Shown here: positions 49,310 through 60,003 of the stretch, in pieces
Numbering within the stretch: position 1 is the stretch's first letter
Layout of the letters: every line of letters begins with the position of its first letter
Assembly (NCBI GenBank): GCA_039208735.1
Contig: JBCCQY010000043.1
Span: forward strand, 1-63,984
DNA: 63,984 bases
From: Myxococcota bacterium
GTDB taxonomy: Bacteria; Myxococcota_A; UBA796; GCA-2862545
Reading direction: 5' to 3'
The notes under the pieces: model-generated
Seen by the model: the letters and a program-made list of their open reading frames with translations, nothing else
What the model was told of the DNA's origin: nothing
Database searches by the model: none
Program-made: the position numbers and the translations under genes

Positions 49310-51151
49310 ATGGGTCATTTCGACTCCGAGTCCGACAAGGACGAGCTGTACCGCGTGCGGCACAGCCTTGCGCACGTTCTCGCCCAGGCCGTCCTCGAGA
49401 TGCGTCCCGGCGCCACCTTAGGCTTCGGCCCTCCCATCGCCGACGGCTTCTATTACGATTTCATCCTTCCCGAGCCCATCACGGAGGAAGACTTTCCTGC
49501 TCTCGAGAAGAAGATGAAGCAAATTATCAAGAAGGGACAAGCCTTCGAACGCGAAGAACTCGGCCGCGATGAGGCCTTCGACCGTCTGAAAGAGATGGGC
49601 GAGCCTTACAAGGCCGAGTATGCCGAAGAGCTGTTCGAGAACCGTGGCATCGAAACGCTCTCCTTCTACCGCAACGGACCCTTCCTCGACATGTGCGAAG
49701 GCCCGCATGTCGAACACACCCGTCAGTTACCGAAAGGTGCGTTCAAGCTTCGTTCCGTCGCCGGAGCCTACTGGCGTGGGAATTCCGAAAACGTCATGAT
49801 GACGCGCCTGTACGCCTGGGCCTTCCTGACCAAGGAAGACCTCGAAGCGCACGTCAAAGCATGGAAAGCAGCCCAGGCCCGTGACCACAAGAAGCTTGGC
49901 AAGGAGCTCGACATCTTCGTCATGGATGACGAGGTGGGTAAGGGCCTGCCACTGTGGTTGCCCAACGGCACGGTCATCCGCGACGAACTTGAAAAGCTTG
50001 CTCGCGAGCTGGAATTCCAAGATGGCTACCAGCGGGTTGCGACCCCTCACCTCACCAAGGTGGGGCTCTACCATACGTCGGGCCACCTGCCCTACTACAA
50101 AGATTCCATGTACCCTTTCATGGAGCTGTCGCAGGAGGTCGAGACCGATGAGGGCAGCGTCGAGGTCGTCAAAGAGACCTACGCCCTGAAGCCCATGAAC
50201 TGCCCCCACCACCACCGCATCTTTGCCGCCCGCAAGCGGTCCTACCGCGACTTGCCGCTCCGACTCGCCGAGTACGGCCAGGTCTACCGGTTCGAAGACT
50301 CAGGGGCCCTATCGGGGCTGCTACGCGTGCGGGGCATGTGCATGAACGACGCCCACATCTACTGCACCCCCGAACAGGCCGAGGAGGAGTTCCTCAAGGT
50401 CATGCGGCTGCACGAGCGCGTGTACGACATCCTCGGACTCACCGACTACTACATGCGCTTTTCCACTTGGGACCCCGAGGATCCCAAGGGCAAGACCAAG
50501 TACCTGCAGGACCCCGAAGGCTGGGAGCAAGCGCAGACCTTCGTGCTAAGGGCCATGGAGCGTTCGGGACTTCCCTTCACGGAAGTCAAGGGCGAGGCGG
50601 CGTTCTACGGTCCCAAGATCGACGTTCAGTTCCGCACCGTCACGGGGCGCGAAGAAACCGCAAGCACCAACCAGCTCGACTTTGGCGTGCCCAGGCGGTT
50701 CGGCCTGACCTACACGGGGGCTGACGGCAGTGAAGACAACACGCCGTACTGCATCCATCGGGCTCCCTTGGGCACCCATGAGCGCTTCATTGCGTTCCTC
50801 ATCGAGCACTACGGCGGTGCCTTCCCCACCTGGCTTGCTCCGGTTCAGGTGCGCCTGCTGACTGTGGCCGACCGCTTCCGGCCGTATGCCGAGGGCATCG
50901 CCCACCGGTTGCGCGAGAAGTTCGTTCGCTCCGAAGTCGACACCTCCGGAGACCGCATGGCGAAGCTGATTCGCACCGGCACCTCCCAGAAGATCCCGAA
51001 CCTCCTGATTATTGGCGAGCGCGAGGTCGAAGATGAGACCGTGACCCTGCGTCGGTACGGCGTGCGGGAGCAACAGACCCTTTCGGTTCCCGCGTTCGAA
51101 GACCGACTGCTGCGCACCATCCAGACTCGCAGCCGCGAGTTCCTCGATTGA
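49310..51151 (+). CDS. thrS: Threonine--tRNA ligase (short form without N-terminal TGS domain)
   Basis: RHSLAH, D.C.GPH, GAYWRG, RDHKKLG, KPMNCP, GLLRVR, AFYGPKID, ERF...LIEH. Confidence 0.98.
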   Translation: MGHFDSESDKDELYRVRHSLAHVLAQAVLEMRPGATLGFGPPIADGFYYDFILPEPITEEDFPALEKKMKQIIKKGQAFEREELGRDEAFDRLKEMGEPYKAEYAEELFENRGIETLSFYRNGPFLDMCEGPHVEHTRQLPKGAFKLRSVAGAYWRGNSENVMMTRLYAWAFLTKEDLEAHVKAWKAAQARDHKKLGKELDIFVMDDEVGKGLPLWLPNGTVIRDELEKLARELEFQDGYQRVATPHLTKVGLYHTSGHLPYYKDSMYPFMELSQEVETDEGSVEVVKETYALKPMNCPHHHRIFAARKRSYRDLPLRLAEYGQVYRFEDSGALSGLLRVRGMCMNDAHIYCTPEQAEEEFLKVMRLHERVYDILGLTDYYMRFSTWDPEDPKGKTKYLQDPEGWEQAQTFVLRAMERSGLPFTEVKGEAAFYGPKIDVQFRTVTGREETASTNQLDFGVPRRFGLTYTGADGSEDNTPYCIHRAPLGTHERFIAFLIEHYGGAFPTWLAPVQVRLLTVADRFRPYAEGIAHRLREKFVRSEVDTSGDRMAKLIRTGTSQKIPNLLIIGEREVEDETVTLRRYGVREQQTLSVPAFEDRLLRTIQTRSREFLD

Positions 51152-51230
51152 AGGCGGTGGAACACACCGTCACAATCGTGTGACTACAGGCCCCGTACGT
51201 GACGAGCGTCCCCTCTTCTGTGGAGAGACC

Positions 51231-51668
51231 ATGCTCGTCGCCCTGTGGGCTCACGCCTTCGCCGATCCCGTGAGCCTGCCCGACTACACCGTGAATCCCG
51301 ATTCGCTGGCGCCACAGCTCCATTCGGACACCACGCTTGGCAACCGCCTGGACCTCGAACTTTCGCCGCCCGCCGACTTCACCTTGGAGCGGGCCGATTC
51401 GGGACCGGTGACCATGCTGCTCGCGACGGTGGACTCGCCGCCGCGGCCGCTGACTTCCACCCCAACGGCGACCGCTCGCACGTGCACTCTGCAACTCGCT
51501 GTCGACCCCCGGGGTCACCCGGGACGCCCGCAAATCCTTCGCTGTGACCGAGGGCTCACCCGGCGTGCCAAGCGGGCGGCACGGCGACTCCGCTTCACCC
51601 CCGCGATCTACGGCGGCCGGCCCGTGGCAGTGGCCGACTTCGTCGTTCAGGTCGCGGTGATCCCTTAG
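51231..51668 (+). CDS. TonB C-terminal-like domain protein
   Basis: VD..G.P...I, A..A...RFTPA...GRPV motif; signal-peptide-like N-terminus; GGAG RBS. Confidence 0.6.
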   Translation: MLVALWAHAFADPVSLPDYTVNPDSLAPQLHSDTTLGNRLDLELSPPADFTLERADSGPVTMLLATVDSPPRPLTSTPTATARTCTLQLAVDPRGHPGRPQILRCDRGLTRRAKRAARRLRFTPAIYGGRPVAVADFVVQVAVIP

Positions 51669-54600
51669 GTGTCGTAGCCGAGCACCGGCGCCAACCACCG
51701 CTCGACCTCGGCGAGATCCATGCCCTTACGACGGGCATAATCCTCGACCTGATCCTTGGTGAGCTGCCCCACGCCGAAGTACTTCGCCCCGGGGTGGGCC
51801 AGGTAGAGGCCCGATACCGAAGCGGCGGGCCACATCGCGCACGACTCGGTCAGCGTGATGCCTGTGCGGGCTTCGGCATCGATGAGCTTCCACAACGTGC
51901 GCTTTTCGGTGTGGTCGGGCTGGGCGGGGTAGCCAGGAGCCGGACGAATGCCCTCGTAGCGCTCCTTGATGAGGTCCTGCAACGAGGCATCCTCGTTGGG
52001 CGCATAGCCCCAGATTTCCCGCCGCACGCGCTGGTGAAGCAGCTCGGCAAACGCCTCGGCACATCGGTCGGCCACTGCCTTCAAAAGGATCGAGGAGTAG
52101 TCGTCGAGATCCTTTTCGAACTGGACCGCGACGTCATCGACCTTTGCCCCCGACGTCACGGCGAACCCACCGATGTAGTCAGCGCCTTGGCCCTTCGGCC
52201 GCACGAAATCCGACAGCGCCAGCGCTTCCTTGAGGTGGGCCGCCTGCTGCCGCAACGTGTGGAAGGTCGCTACGGGCGTCTCGCGCGCCTCATCCGAGGC
52301 GTAGACCTCGATGTCGTCGCCGACCGCGTTGGCAGGGAACACCCCCACCACGCCCTTCGCCTCGAGCCACCCTTCGGACTCCATGCGCTCGAGCATCACC
52401 ATCGCATCATCGAGGAGCTTGCGCGCCTGTTCGCCGTACTTCGCATCGTCGAGGATTCGAGGGTAAACGCCGCGCAACTCCCAAGCATGGAAGAACGGCG
52501 TCCAATCGATGAACTCCCGCAGCTCCGCTACGGTTGCCGTCACTTCGGTGAGGCCAAGCCCCAGGGGCGTCCGATCGACGTAATCGAGTTTAGGGCGGAG
52601 TTCTCGGGCTTCACCAAGAGACCGTAGGGTGCGCTTGCCTTCGCCTGCCGCGCGCCGCTCCCGTAGCTCCTGGTACTCCGCGCGCCACTTCGCGAGCGCA
52701 TTCGGGCGATGCTTGCGATCGATGAGCTGGCTGGCCACGCCCACCGCCCGGGAGGCATCGGTCACGTGCACGACCCCCGTGCCGTACTTGGGTTCGATCT
52801 TGAGGGCGGTGTGCAGCTTCGATGTGGTGGCGCCGCCAATGAGCAGCGGCGTCTCCATGCCGGACCGTTCCATTTCCTCGGCGACGTAGACCATCTCATC
52901 GAGCGACGGCGTGATCAGTCCCGAAAGCCCGATGAGGTCGGCTCCGTGATCTTTGGCTGCCTTCAGAATCCTCTGGGCCGGCACCATGACGCCAAGGTCG
53001 ATGACCTCGTAGTTGTTGCACTGAAGCACGACGCCCACGATGTTCTTCCCGATGTCATGCACATCGCCTTTCACCGTCGCCATGATGATTTTGCCCTTGG
53101 CTTCGGCGTTCCCCGAGGCTTCCTTTTCCGCCTCGAGGAAGGGCGTGAGCCAAGCGACGGCCTGCTTCATCACACGGGCGGACTTGACGACCTGGGGCAG
53201 GAACATCTTGCCTTCGCCAAACAGGTTGCCGACGACGTTCATGCCGTCCATCAAAGGCCCTTCGATGACGTGAATCGGCCGTCCCAGTTCGTCGAGCGCC
53301 TGCTCGGTATCTCCGTCGATAAAATCGGTGATGCCGTGGACCAGTGCATGCTCAAGCCGCTTGGCCACCGGTAGCTCGCGCCACGCCTTGTCCGTCTTGC
53401 TCTTGCGAGCCGTCCCCTTGGCCGAATCTGCGACTTCGAGCAGCCGCTCGGTGGCATCGGAGCGCCGGGCAAGAACCGCGTCTTCTACGCGCTCGCGGAG
53501 CTTGGGCTCGATGTCTTCGTAGACCGGCAGCGCACCCGCATTGACGATGCCCATGTCGAGGCCCGCGCGAATGGCGTGGTAGAGGAAAACCGCATGGATG
53601 GCTTCGCGCACTGCGTTGTTGCCGCGGAAGCTGAAGCTCACGTTGCTGATGCCACCCGAGATGCGCACACCCTTCGGCAACACCCGCTTCAGTTCGGCCG
53701 TCGCCTCGATGAAGTCGAGGGCGTAGCGGTCGTGTTCTTCGATGCCGGTCGCAATGGCGAAGACATTGGGGTCTACGATGATGTCGTCGGGCGAAAAGCC
53801 CATTTCGTCAACCAGGATCCCAACCGCCCGAGAGAGCGTCTCGATGCGCCGCTCGACCGAGTCAGCCTGGCCCTTCTCATCGAACGCCATGACGATGACG
53901 GCCGCCCCATAGCGCCGAACGATCTCGGCCTGCTCGCGGAACTGCTCCTCGCCTTCCTTGAGGGAGATCGAGTTCACGACGCCCTTGCCCTGCAAGCACT
54001 TCAGCCCCGCCTCGATGACCGAGAACTTGGAGCTGTCGATGACGATGGGCACGCGTGCAATGTCGGGCTCGGCCGCGATGAGGTTGAGGAACCGCACCAT
54101 GGCCCCTTCGCTATCGAGCAGCCCTTCGTCCATGTTGACGTCGATCAACTGCGCGCCGTTCTCGACCTGCTGACGCGCCACCCGCAAAGCAGTTTCGTAG
54201 TCGCCGTCCGCGATGAGCTTCCGAAAGCGTCGCGACCCGGTCACGTTGGTGCGTTCGCCGATGTTCACAAAGTTGGTGTGACCATCGATTTCGACAGGTT
54301 CAAGTCCGGTAAGCCGCAACGCCGGATCGAGGGTCGGGATGACCCGGGGCGTGCCCTGTAGGGCCACATCGACAATGGCCGCGATGTGATCGGGGGTGGT
54401 CCCGCAGCATCCCCCGAGGACGTTCGCCCAACCGCGGTCGAGGAAGTCATCGAGAAAGCCAGCCGTCGTTTCGGGCTGCTCGTCGTATTGACCGAGTTCG
54501 TTGGGCAGACCCGCATTGGGGTACACGGCCACGTACGTTTCGGCGATGCGCGACATGTCGTCCACAAACGGACGCATCTCATCGGCCCCAAGTGCGCAGT

Positions 54601-55363
54601 TCAGCCCGACGATGAGTGGCTTTGCGTGCACCACGGAGTGGTAGAACGCCTCGGTGGTCTGCCCCGACAGCGTTCGACCCGACCGGTCGGCAAACGTCCC
54701 GGAAATCCAAAACGGCACGTCGTCCTGTGTCAATCCGCGTTCTTCAATGGCCCGTAAACACCCCACAATCGCCGCTTTGGCGTTGAGGGTGTCCATGATG
54801 GTCTCGATCTGCAGCAGGTCTGCCCCGCCATCGATGAGGCCTCCGGCGGCCGTGCCGTACGCATCGACTAATTCGTCGAAGGTGACGTTTCGAGCGCCGG
54901 GATCATTGACGTCTGGCGACAACGATGCCGCACGGTTGGTGGGCCCAAGGGCGCCGGTCACCCACCGAACGCGTCCGTCACGAGCCTCGGCGGCCTCCAC
55001 CGCTTCACGCGCGATGCGAGCGGCCGCCTCGTTCATTTCGCGAACCAGGTCCTGCATACCGTAGTCGGCCTGGGACAACGCGTTGGCGTTGAACGTGTTC
55101 GTCTCGACGAAGTCGGCCCCCGCTTCGATGTACTGGTCGTGGATCTTTCGAAGGACCGCGGGCTGCGTGAGACTGATGAGGTCGTTGTTGCCTTGCACGG
55201 GCATGGGGTGGTCGGCAAACCGAGTCCCCCGGAATCCCGCCTCATCGAGGCCCTCGCGCTGGATCATGGTGCCCATTGCGCCATCGAGGACGAGCACACG
55301 TTCGGCAAGAGCCGACTTCAGAGCCTTGATCCTATTGGCTCGGTGATTGGCGGACATGTTCAT
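51665..55363 (-). CDS. metH: Cobalamin-dependent methionine synthase
   Basis: [56 protein letters not shown]. Confidence 0.98.
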   Translation of the reverse strand: MNMSANHRANRIKALKSALAERVLVLDGAMGTMIQREGLDEAGFRGTRFADHPMPVQGNNDLISLTQPAVLRKIHDQYIEAGADFVETNTFNANALSQADYGMQDLVREMNEAAARIAREAVEAAEARDGRVRWVTGALGPTNRAASLSPDVNDPGARNVTFDELVDAYGTAAGGLIDGGADLLQIETIMDTLNAKAAIVGCLRAIEERGLTQDDVPFWISGTFADRSGRTLSGQTTEAFYHSVVHAKPLIVGLNCALGADEMRPFVDDMSRIAETYVAVYPNAGLPNELGQYDEQPETTAGFLDDFLDRGWANVLGGCCGTTPDHIAAIVDVALQGTPRVIPTLDPALRLTGLEPVEIDGHTNFVNIGERTNVTGSRRFRKLIADGDYETALRVARQQVENGAQLIDVNMDEGLLDSEGAMVRFLNLIAAEPDIARVPIVIDSSKFSVIEAGLKCLQGKGVVNSISLKEGEEQFREQAEIVRRYGAAVIVMAFDEKGQADSVERRIETLSRAVGILVDEMGFSPDDIIVDPNVFAIATGIEEHDRYALDFIEATAELKRVLPKGVRISGGISNVSFSFRGNNAVREAIHAVFLYHAIRAGLDMGIVNAGALPVYEDIEPKLRERVEDAVLARRSDATERLLEVADSAKGTARKSKTDKAWRELPVAKRLEHALVHGITDFIDGDTEQALDELGRPIHVIEGPLMDGMNVVGNLFGEGKMFLPQVVKSARVMKQAVAWLTPFLEAEKEASGNAEAKGKIIMATVKGDVHDIGKNIVGVVLQCNNYEVIDLGVMVPAQRILKAAKDHGADLIGLSGLITPSLDEMVYVAEEMERSGMETPLLIGGATTSKLHTALKIEPKYGTGVVHVTDASRAVGVASQLIDRKHRPNALAKWRAEYQELRERRAAGEGKRTLRSLGEARELRPKLDYVDRTPLGLGLTEVTATVAELREFIDWTPFFHAWELRGVYPRILDDAKYGEQARKLLDDAMVMLERMESEGWLEAKGVVGVFPANAVGDDIEVYASDEARETPVATFHTLRQQAAHLKEALALSDFVRPKGQGADYIGGFAVTSGAKVDDVAVQFEKDLDDYSSILLKAVADRCAEAFAELLHQRVRREIWGYAPNEDASLQDLIKERYEGIRPAPGYPAQPDHTEKRTLWKLIDAEARTGITLTESCAMWPAASVSGLYLAHPGAKYFGVGQLTKDQVEDYARRKGMDLAEVERWLAPVLGYDT

Positions 55364-55413
55364 GGGGTTCCCCCTTGAGCGGCCAGCGTAACGTCAAGGA
55401 CGTTGGCACCGAC

Positions 55414-56115
55414 CTACGGGCATTCAGCCGCCAGCAACTCGGACCCCTGCAAGGAAAAGCACTTTCGCAAGCTTTCGGTGGCGTCCAGCTCCCAGCGTGC
55501 CTCGATCGATTGCAGTGTCAGATCGATCTTGTAGCGTCCTGGGTTCAGCATCAATTTCACGGGGGTCCGTCCGCGGAACCGACCCTCCACCCGAACCTCC
55601 GCTCCGGGAGGGTCGGACGCGATGCCCACCGTCACTCGATCCGACTGCAACGCCTGGGCGGCTTCAATCGCCGTATCCTCGATCGGCAACTCCGGCAGAG
55701 GGGCCACATCGGGCAGCTGGCCAGGCACCAGGGAGGGGTCTACGATCAGGTCATCCGGCACTTCTGGGGCCGGAGGTGGCGTTGGGGCCACCGGCACGAG
55801 CACCTCGGCGGCTTCCCTGGGGGCCTCAGGCTCTGCCATGGGCGGCACCGGACGGTTTGCGATGATGCGCAGGGCGGGCAACTCGCGTTCGAACACGACG
55901 GGCTCGGGCTCATTGAGCAGCATCACTACGCCCACAAAAACGATGACGATCGTCACGAGCACCATGGTGGAGGTGGCCACCAAGCTCATCCACGCCACCC
56001 GCGCCATCGCTTGTTCAGAGATGAGGGGCTCGCCGTCCTGACTCCGTGACACCTTGCGCTCCTCAGAAGCCCCATCGGTCCCTTTCTTGCCCCCTTCCTC
56101 GTCATTCGTCGTCAC
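55414..56115 (-). CDS. PEGA domain membrane protein
   Basis: One TM helix, Pro-rich linker, SDPPGAEVRVEG...G.TP...L.PG.Y; GTGA overlap. Confidence 0.85.
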   Translation of the reverse strand: MTTNDEEGGKKGTDGASEERKVSRSQDGEPLISEQAMARVAWMSLVATSTMVLVTIVIVFVGVVMLLNEPEPVVFERELPALRIIANRPVPPMAEPEAPREAAEVLVPVAPTPPPAPEVPDDLIVDPSLVPGQLPDVAPLPELPIEDTAIEAAQALQSDRVTVGIASDPPGAEVRVEGRFRGRTPVKLMLNPGRYKIDLTLQSIEARWELDATESLRKCFSLQGSELLAAECP

Positions 56116-56858
56116 GTGGCTCCCCCGGGTGGCGCGCGCAGCAACGTCCAGTAATCGACGGCCCGCCCGTGTCGCACATCCGCAATGTGATCCTTTGCAA
56201 ACCCGGGCACCGGCTGATTCGGCCGAACCTTCATGATGACGCGAGGTGCAGCGGAAAATGCAGCTTCCAACCATCCCTCGTCGAGGGGGGCCTCCACCGC
56301 AAGCGCCCTTAGGATGTCAAAGCCGGGGGCCGCTTCCTGGGGCACATCAAACATCGGCGAAAGCATCACCACGTCGGCCGAAAGCGTGCGCAGCACGGTC
56401 TGCGAATCCCCGAGACGGGGCTCGATGTGGGCTGCCGCAGGCTCCTCTCGCGCGAGCCGTGGCAGGCCTTCTTCGGCGAGGCACACGAGCGCAGCCGACA
56501 TTTCAATGCCGATGATCCGAGCTCCGCTCACCGCGGCTACATGAAGCGCATCGCGGCAAAGTCCCAAGGTGGCATCGATGACCAAGGAAGCAGGGCCCAC
56601 GCTCTGAATCAGCGGATGTGAGGTCCCGACTGCACGATGGGCATGCAGCATGCCGAGATCGACCGCCACACGCTGGTGCTTGGCTACCAGCTCCTCGCGA
56701 TCGCGGCCTACGACGTAAGCCATGGATGCACCGGTCTGCGCGAAGATCGCGTCGAGTCCGCGTCGCCGGGCCACCACCGGCCATCCCGTTCGTCGTCCCA
56801 CCCGATCCGCCCGGTCCCGTTGCGCAGGAGTGGGCTTGGTCGTGGTGGTGACCACCAT
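56112..56858 (-). CDS. Class I SAM-dependent methyltransferase (RsmJ-like)
   Basis: VIDATLGL.RDA, DVV.L.PMF, RV..K motifs. Confidence 0.8.
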   Translation of the reverse strand: MVVTTTTKPTPAQRDRADRVGRRTGWPVVARRRGLDAIFAQTGASMAYVVGRDREELVAKHQRVAVDLGMLHAHRAVGTSHPLIQSVGPASLVIDATLGLCRDALHVAAVSGARIIGIEMSAALVCLAEEGLPRLAREEPAAAHIEPRLGDSQTVLRTLSADVVMLSPMFDVPQEAAPGFDILRALAVEAPLDEGWLEAAFSAAPRVIMKVRPNQPVPGFAKDHIADVRHGRAVDYWTLLRAPPGGAT

Positions 56859-57818
56859 CTAGAGCTGGCGGCTCCGCGATAGCCCCATCGGCACCACCGA
56901 GGCGGTGACGCCCCGTGCCGCACAGAACGCCCGCACCGCGGTCATCAGGGCATCGTCATTCGCAGCAAACCGACGGTCTCGGTACCGGCCGTAGCCTTCG
57001 GGCAGCGCTTCGTCGGGTTCGGGCTCCACCGGGTCGAGGTGCCGCGATTCGCGCACGTCCCGGGCGATGATTTCAACGCTGCTTTGCAAGAGCAGCCCCT
57101 GTCCCAGCTCCTCAGGAATGTCGGCGGGCAACGCCACACCTGGAAACCAAAACGGTCCGGTCCAGCCGCGGCCGAGGTGCAACAGCTCTGCCCCCAACAC
57201 ATCTTCGAGCTGCGTACGCAAGGCGAGCATCGGCGTCGCAAAGTGACGCGTGAAGAGGTGCTTAAGCGCTTCGTCGATGATCAGTCGCCCCTGCGGATCC
57301 AGGCGCAGCGCCCCCGTGGGAGGGCCCGGGGTCTTTGCTTCCACCCGCACGCGAACCCAGCGCCCATCCGGCACGAGTCGATCATAGGCCAGCGCCACCT
57401 GCGTCCAGCCCGAATCCCCGACCCGTCGGACGGCACCCACCAGGCGGGTTGCAGAAAGCAGCTCGGCCGTTCGCAGGTGCCGGTACAACGAACGTCGGTC
57501 GCGCATCCGCGCGGCAAGTTCGGCGTCGAGGGCCTTGGCCCGCTCGAGTTGGTCGTCCGAAGGGTCGCCGTCGGGATCCGACCGTCGAGCCAACACCGCT
57601 TCCGACCGCACCCGCTCAAGCCAGCTGTAGGTCGGCATGCCGGTGCGACGGCTGACCTCGGCGGGGAACAATAGCGACCCGCTAACCGCGGTATCGAGCG
57701 CATGGAGGTGGTCGAGCGCGGCCGAAAGCGAAAGGAAATCCTCGTTTGGAGCCAGGGCATCGAGCGCCGCACGGAGAGCCCGAATGTAGGGGCCCACGCG
57801 TTCGAACGAAAGCTCCAC
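56859..57818 (-). CDS. Hypothetical protein (319 aa)
   Basis: GTG 57818 sits 1 nt after the upstream stop; its stop abuts the methyltransferase ATG; no recognised motif. Confidence 0.7.
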   Translation of the reverse strand: MELSFERVGPYIRALRAALDALAPNEDFLSLSAALDHLHALDTAVSGSLLFPAEVSRRTGMPTYSWLERVRSEAVLARRSDPDGDPSDDQLERAKALDAELAARMRDRRSLYRHLRTAELLSATRLVGAVRRVGDSGWTQVALAYDRLVPDGRWVRVRVEAKTPGPPTGALRLDPQGRLIIDEALKHLFTRHFATPMLALRTQLEDVLGAELLHLGRGWTGPFWFPGVALPADIPEELGQGLLLQSSVEIIARDVRESRHLDPVEPEPDEALPEGYGRYRDRRFAANDDALMTAVRAFCAARGVTASVVPMGLSRSRQL

Positions 57819-57819
57819 C

Positions 57820-58839
57820 CTACGGATCCTCGCCAAGGAGATTCTGAATTTCAGCCTCAGCTGCTTCGCGAAGCGCCCGCTCGGCGTCGATCCGTGACCG
57901 CTCGCGGTCGATGGCCGCGAGATCTCCCTCCAACGCGACCGAACTCGCTTCCCCTTCCGCACTGATCCGAGCGGACAAGTCGGGGAGCACTTCAGCGATG
58001 AGGTAGGAACTCCGTTCGACGTAGTCCCGGGTCGCCTGCATCGCGTCTTGCAACTCTTCGAGCGACTCTTGGAGTTCCTGCACCACGATGGGCGCGTCTG
58101 CGAGCATGCCGAGGCCTTGGATGCGTCGACCCGCCGCATTCACCGTGTGCGTGGCGGAAAGCACGTACTGGGCCATCTCCTCATGGAGCTGAAGCACGGT
58201 GTCCCGCAGCGCCCGAGCCGGCGGAATGTGCTGGCGGCAGAGCGCTACCGCGGCCTTGAACAGCTCGAGGGCCACCGCTTCGGTGCGGCGATCGAATTCG
58301 TAGCGGTCGCGACGGCGCGCCTTTTCTTCGGGAGTCAACGCCTCATCGGACTCCGTCTCGGTCAGCGCGGCCTCCAACTCGAGGACGCGTTCCGCCGCAA
58401 GCCGTTGGTTGTGAAGGGCCTCCCCAAGTTCGCGATGCAGGCGATCGACCTCTTGCTGCAGCTCGAGCGCACACAGCTTCAGCTCGTCGCTGAACGCGGT
58501 GGCCTCTCGCAAGCGGACCGAGACCGTCTCGTACTGCCGCATCAACCCTTCGGCGATGGATCGCCTCGCCAACGCGGTCCGCCGCGCGGTGAAGGGCCGC
58601 ACCAAGGAAGCCAGGATCGAGGTGTCCGACTCCTGCTGCTCCATCCGGTCGAGTTCGCTGCGTTGTCGCCGCAGCGTGTCGAGGCCTGACGACAGCTCGG
58701 GCCCGATCTGCTTCTGCGTGTCGAGCAACTCCGAGACCTGTGTCATCGCGCGCCGGTGCCGTTCGGCGACCTCGCGCTGGCGCCGTTGGAGTACGGCGTG
58801 GGACAGTTGTTCTCCGAGATAACGGCGTCGTTCGCTCAT
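57820..58839 (-). CDS. Hypothetical long coiled-coil protein (339 aa)
   Basis: GAGG RBS before ATG 58839; heptad-rich E/R/L/A composition, no TM segment. Confidence 0.75.
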   Translation of the reverse strand: MSERRRYLGEQLSHAVLQRRQREVAERHRRAMTQVSELLDTQKQIGPELSSGLDTLRRQRSELDRMEQQESDTSILASLVRPFTARRTALARRSIAEGLMRQYETVSVRLREATAFSDELKLCALELQQEVDRLHRELGEALHNQRLAAERVLELEAALTETESDEALTPEEKARRRDRYEFDRRTEAVALELFKAAVALCRQHIPPARALRDTVLQLHEEMAQYVLSATHTVNAAGRRIQGLGMLADAPIVVQELQESLEELQDAMQATRDYVERSSYLIAEVLPDLSARISAEGEASSVALEGDLAAIDRERSRIDAERALREAAEAEIQNLLGEDP

Positions 58840-58880
58840 CGACCTCGCCGGGACCAAAACGTCATGGTACCAGCATCCCC

Positions 58881-59954
58881 ATGACAACAGCGTACTTCGT
58901 CGTGGACCCAGATGTGCGGAACGCGTCCGCCCCCCCACCCGAATTGTACATCAATCCTGATTGGTACTCCCAAATCATTGACGGTGCATGGAGGACGGGT
59001 TGGCAGTGGTTGGTACCCGTGATCGGGCAGGGTCGGAGCACCGACCCAAGCGCAGTACCCATCGACCTTTCCGGCGAGCCGCTGGTCCTCACCCGAGACG
59101 ACGCGGGTAACGAGCACCTTTTGTCCAACGTGTGTACCCACCGTGGCGCGCTCCTCGTCGATGGATCTTGTAGCGTCCGCCAGCTCCGTTGCCCCTACCA
59201 CGCTCGAACGTTCGACCTACAAGGTCGCGCTCGACACTCTCCGGGCTTCGCCGACACGTCGTTTCCCGAGGAGCGGGACCACCTGCCCAGGGCCTCGTTG
59301 GCGCAATTCGGGCCTTGGCGATTCGGTAGCGTGGCCCCCGCCCTCTCCTTTGAGACGTGGACCCAAGCCATGACCAAGCACCTCGACTGGTTTGACTGGT
59401 CGCGGCTGGTTCATCGGGAATCGGGCCATCGGGTTCACGAAATCGATGTGAACTGGGCTCTCTACGTGGAAAACTACCTCGAAGGGCTGCACATCCCCTT
59501 TGTCCACCCCGGGCTCAACGACCTGTTTGCCCCCGGCACCTATCGAACCGAGTTGCTGCCTCACGGGGCACTCCAGATGGGGCTGGCTCGCGACGGGGCT
59601 CCCGCCCATGAGCCACCCGCAGGGGCGCTTGACCACGGCTCGCGTGTTGCTGCCTACTACATCTGGCTCTTCCCCGGCACGATGCTCAACATCTACCCCT
59701 GGGGTGTAAGTATGAACCAGGTCGAACCCGTCGAACCCACCAAGACCCGGGTCCACTACCGGACGTGGGTCCTCGACGATGCCGACCGGGATCCCGATAT
59801 CGATACGGTCGAAGACGAAGATCAGGCCATCGTGCAACGGGTGCAACGGGCCATGGGTTCGACCCTGTACCGCGGGGGTCGCTACAGCCCGACCGAAGAG
59901 CAAGGGAGCCACCACTTTCATTGGCTTCTTTCGAACGTCCTTCAACCTTCCTGA
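58881..59954 (+). CDS. Rieske non-heme iron oxygenase alpha subunit (choline monooxygenase-like)
   Basis: NVCTHRG and CPYH Rieske ligands, NW..YVENYLEGLHIPFVHP mononuclear Fe site, ED...V..VQ. Confidence 0.92.
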   Translation: MTTAYFVVDPDVRNASAPPPELYINPDWYSQIIDGAWRTGWQWLVPVIGQGRSTDPSAVPIDLSGEPLVLTRDDAGNEHLLSNVCTHRGALLVDGSCSVRQLRCPYHARTFDLQGRARHSPGFADTSFPEERDHLPRASLAQFGPWRFGSVAPALSFETWTQAMTKHLDWFDWSRLVHRESGHRVHEIDVNWALYVENYLEGLHIPFVHPGLNDLFAPGTYRTELLPHGALQMGLARDGAPAHEPPAGALDHGSRVAAYYIWLFPGTMLNIYPWGVSMNQVEPVEPTKTRVHYRTWVLDDADRDPDIDTVEDEDQAIVQRVQRAMGSTLYRGGRYSPTEEQGSHHFHWLLSNVLQPS

Positions 59955-60003
59955 CTCGAGGGGTGTCCAATAGACGGCACGTGTGGCGAAGGAGGGTTGA
60001 AGC

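Noticed and set aside
49310..49400. thrS lacking the N-terminal TGS domain
   Set aside because: A known natural short form; not a pseudogene or novelty.
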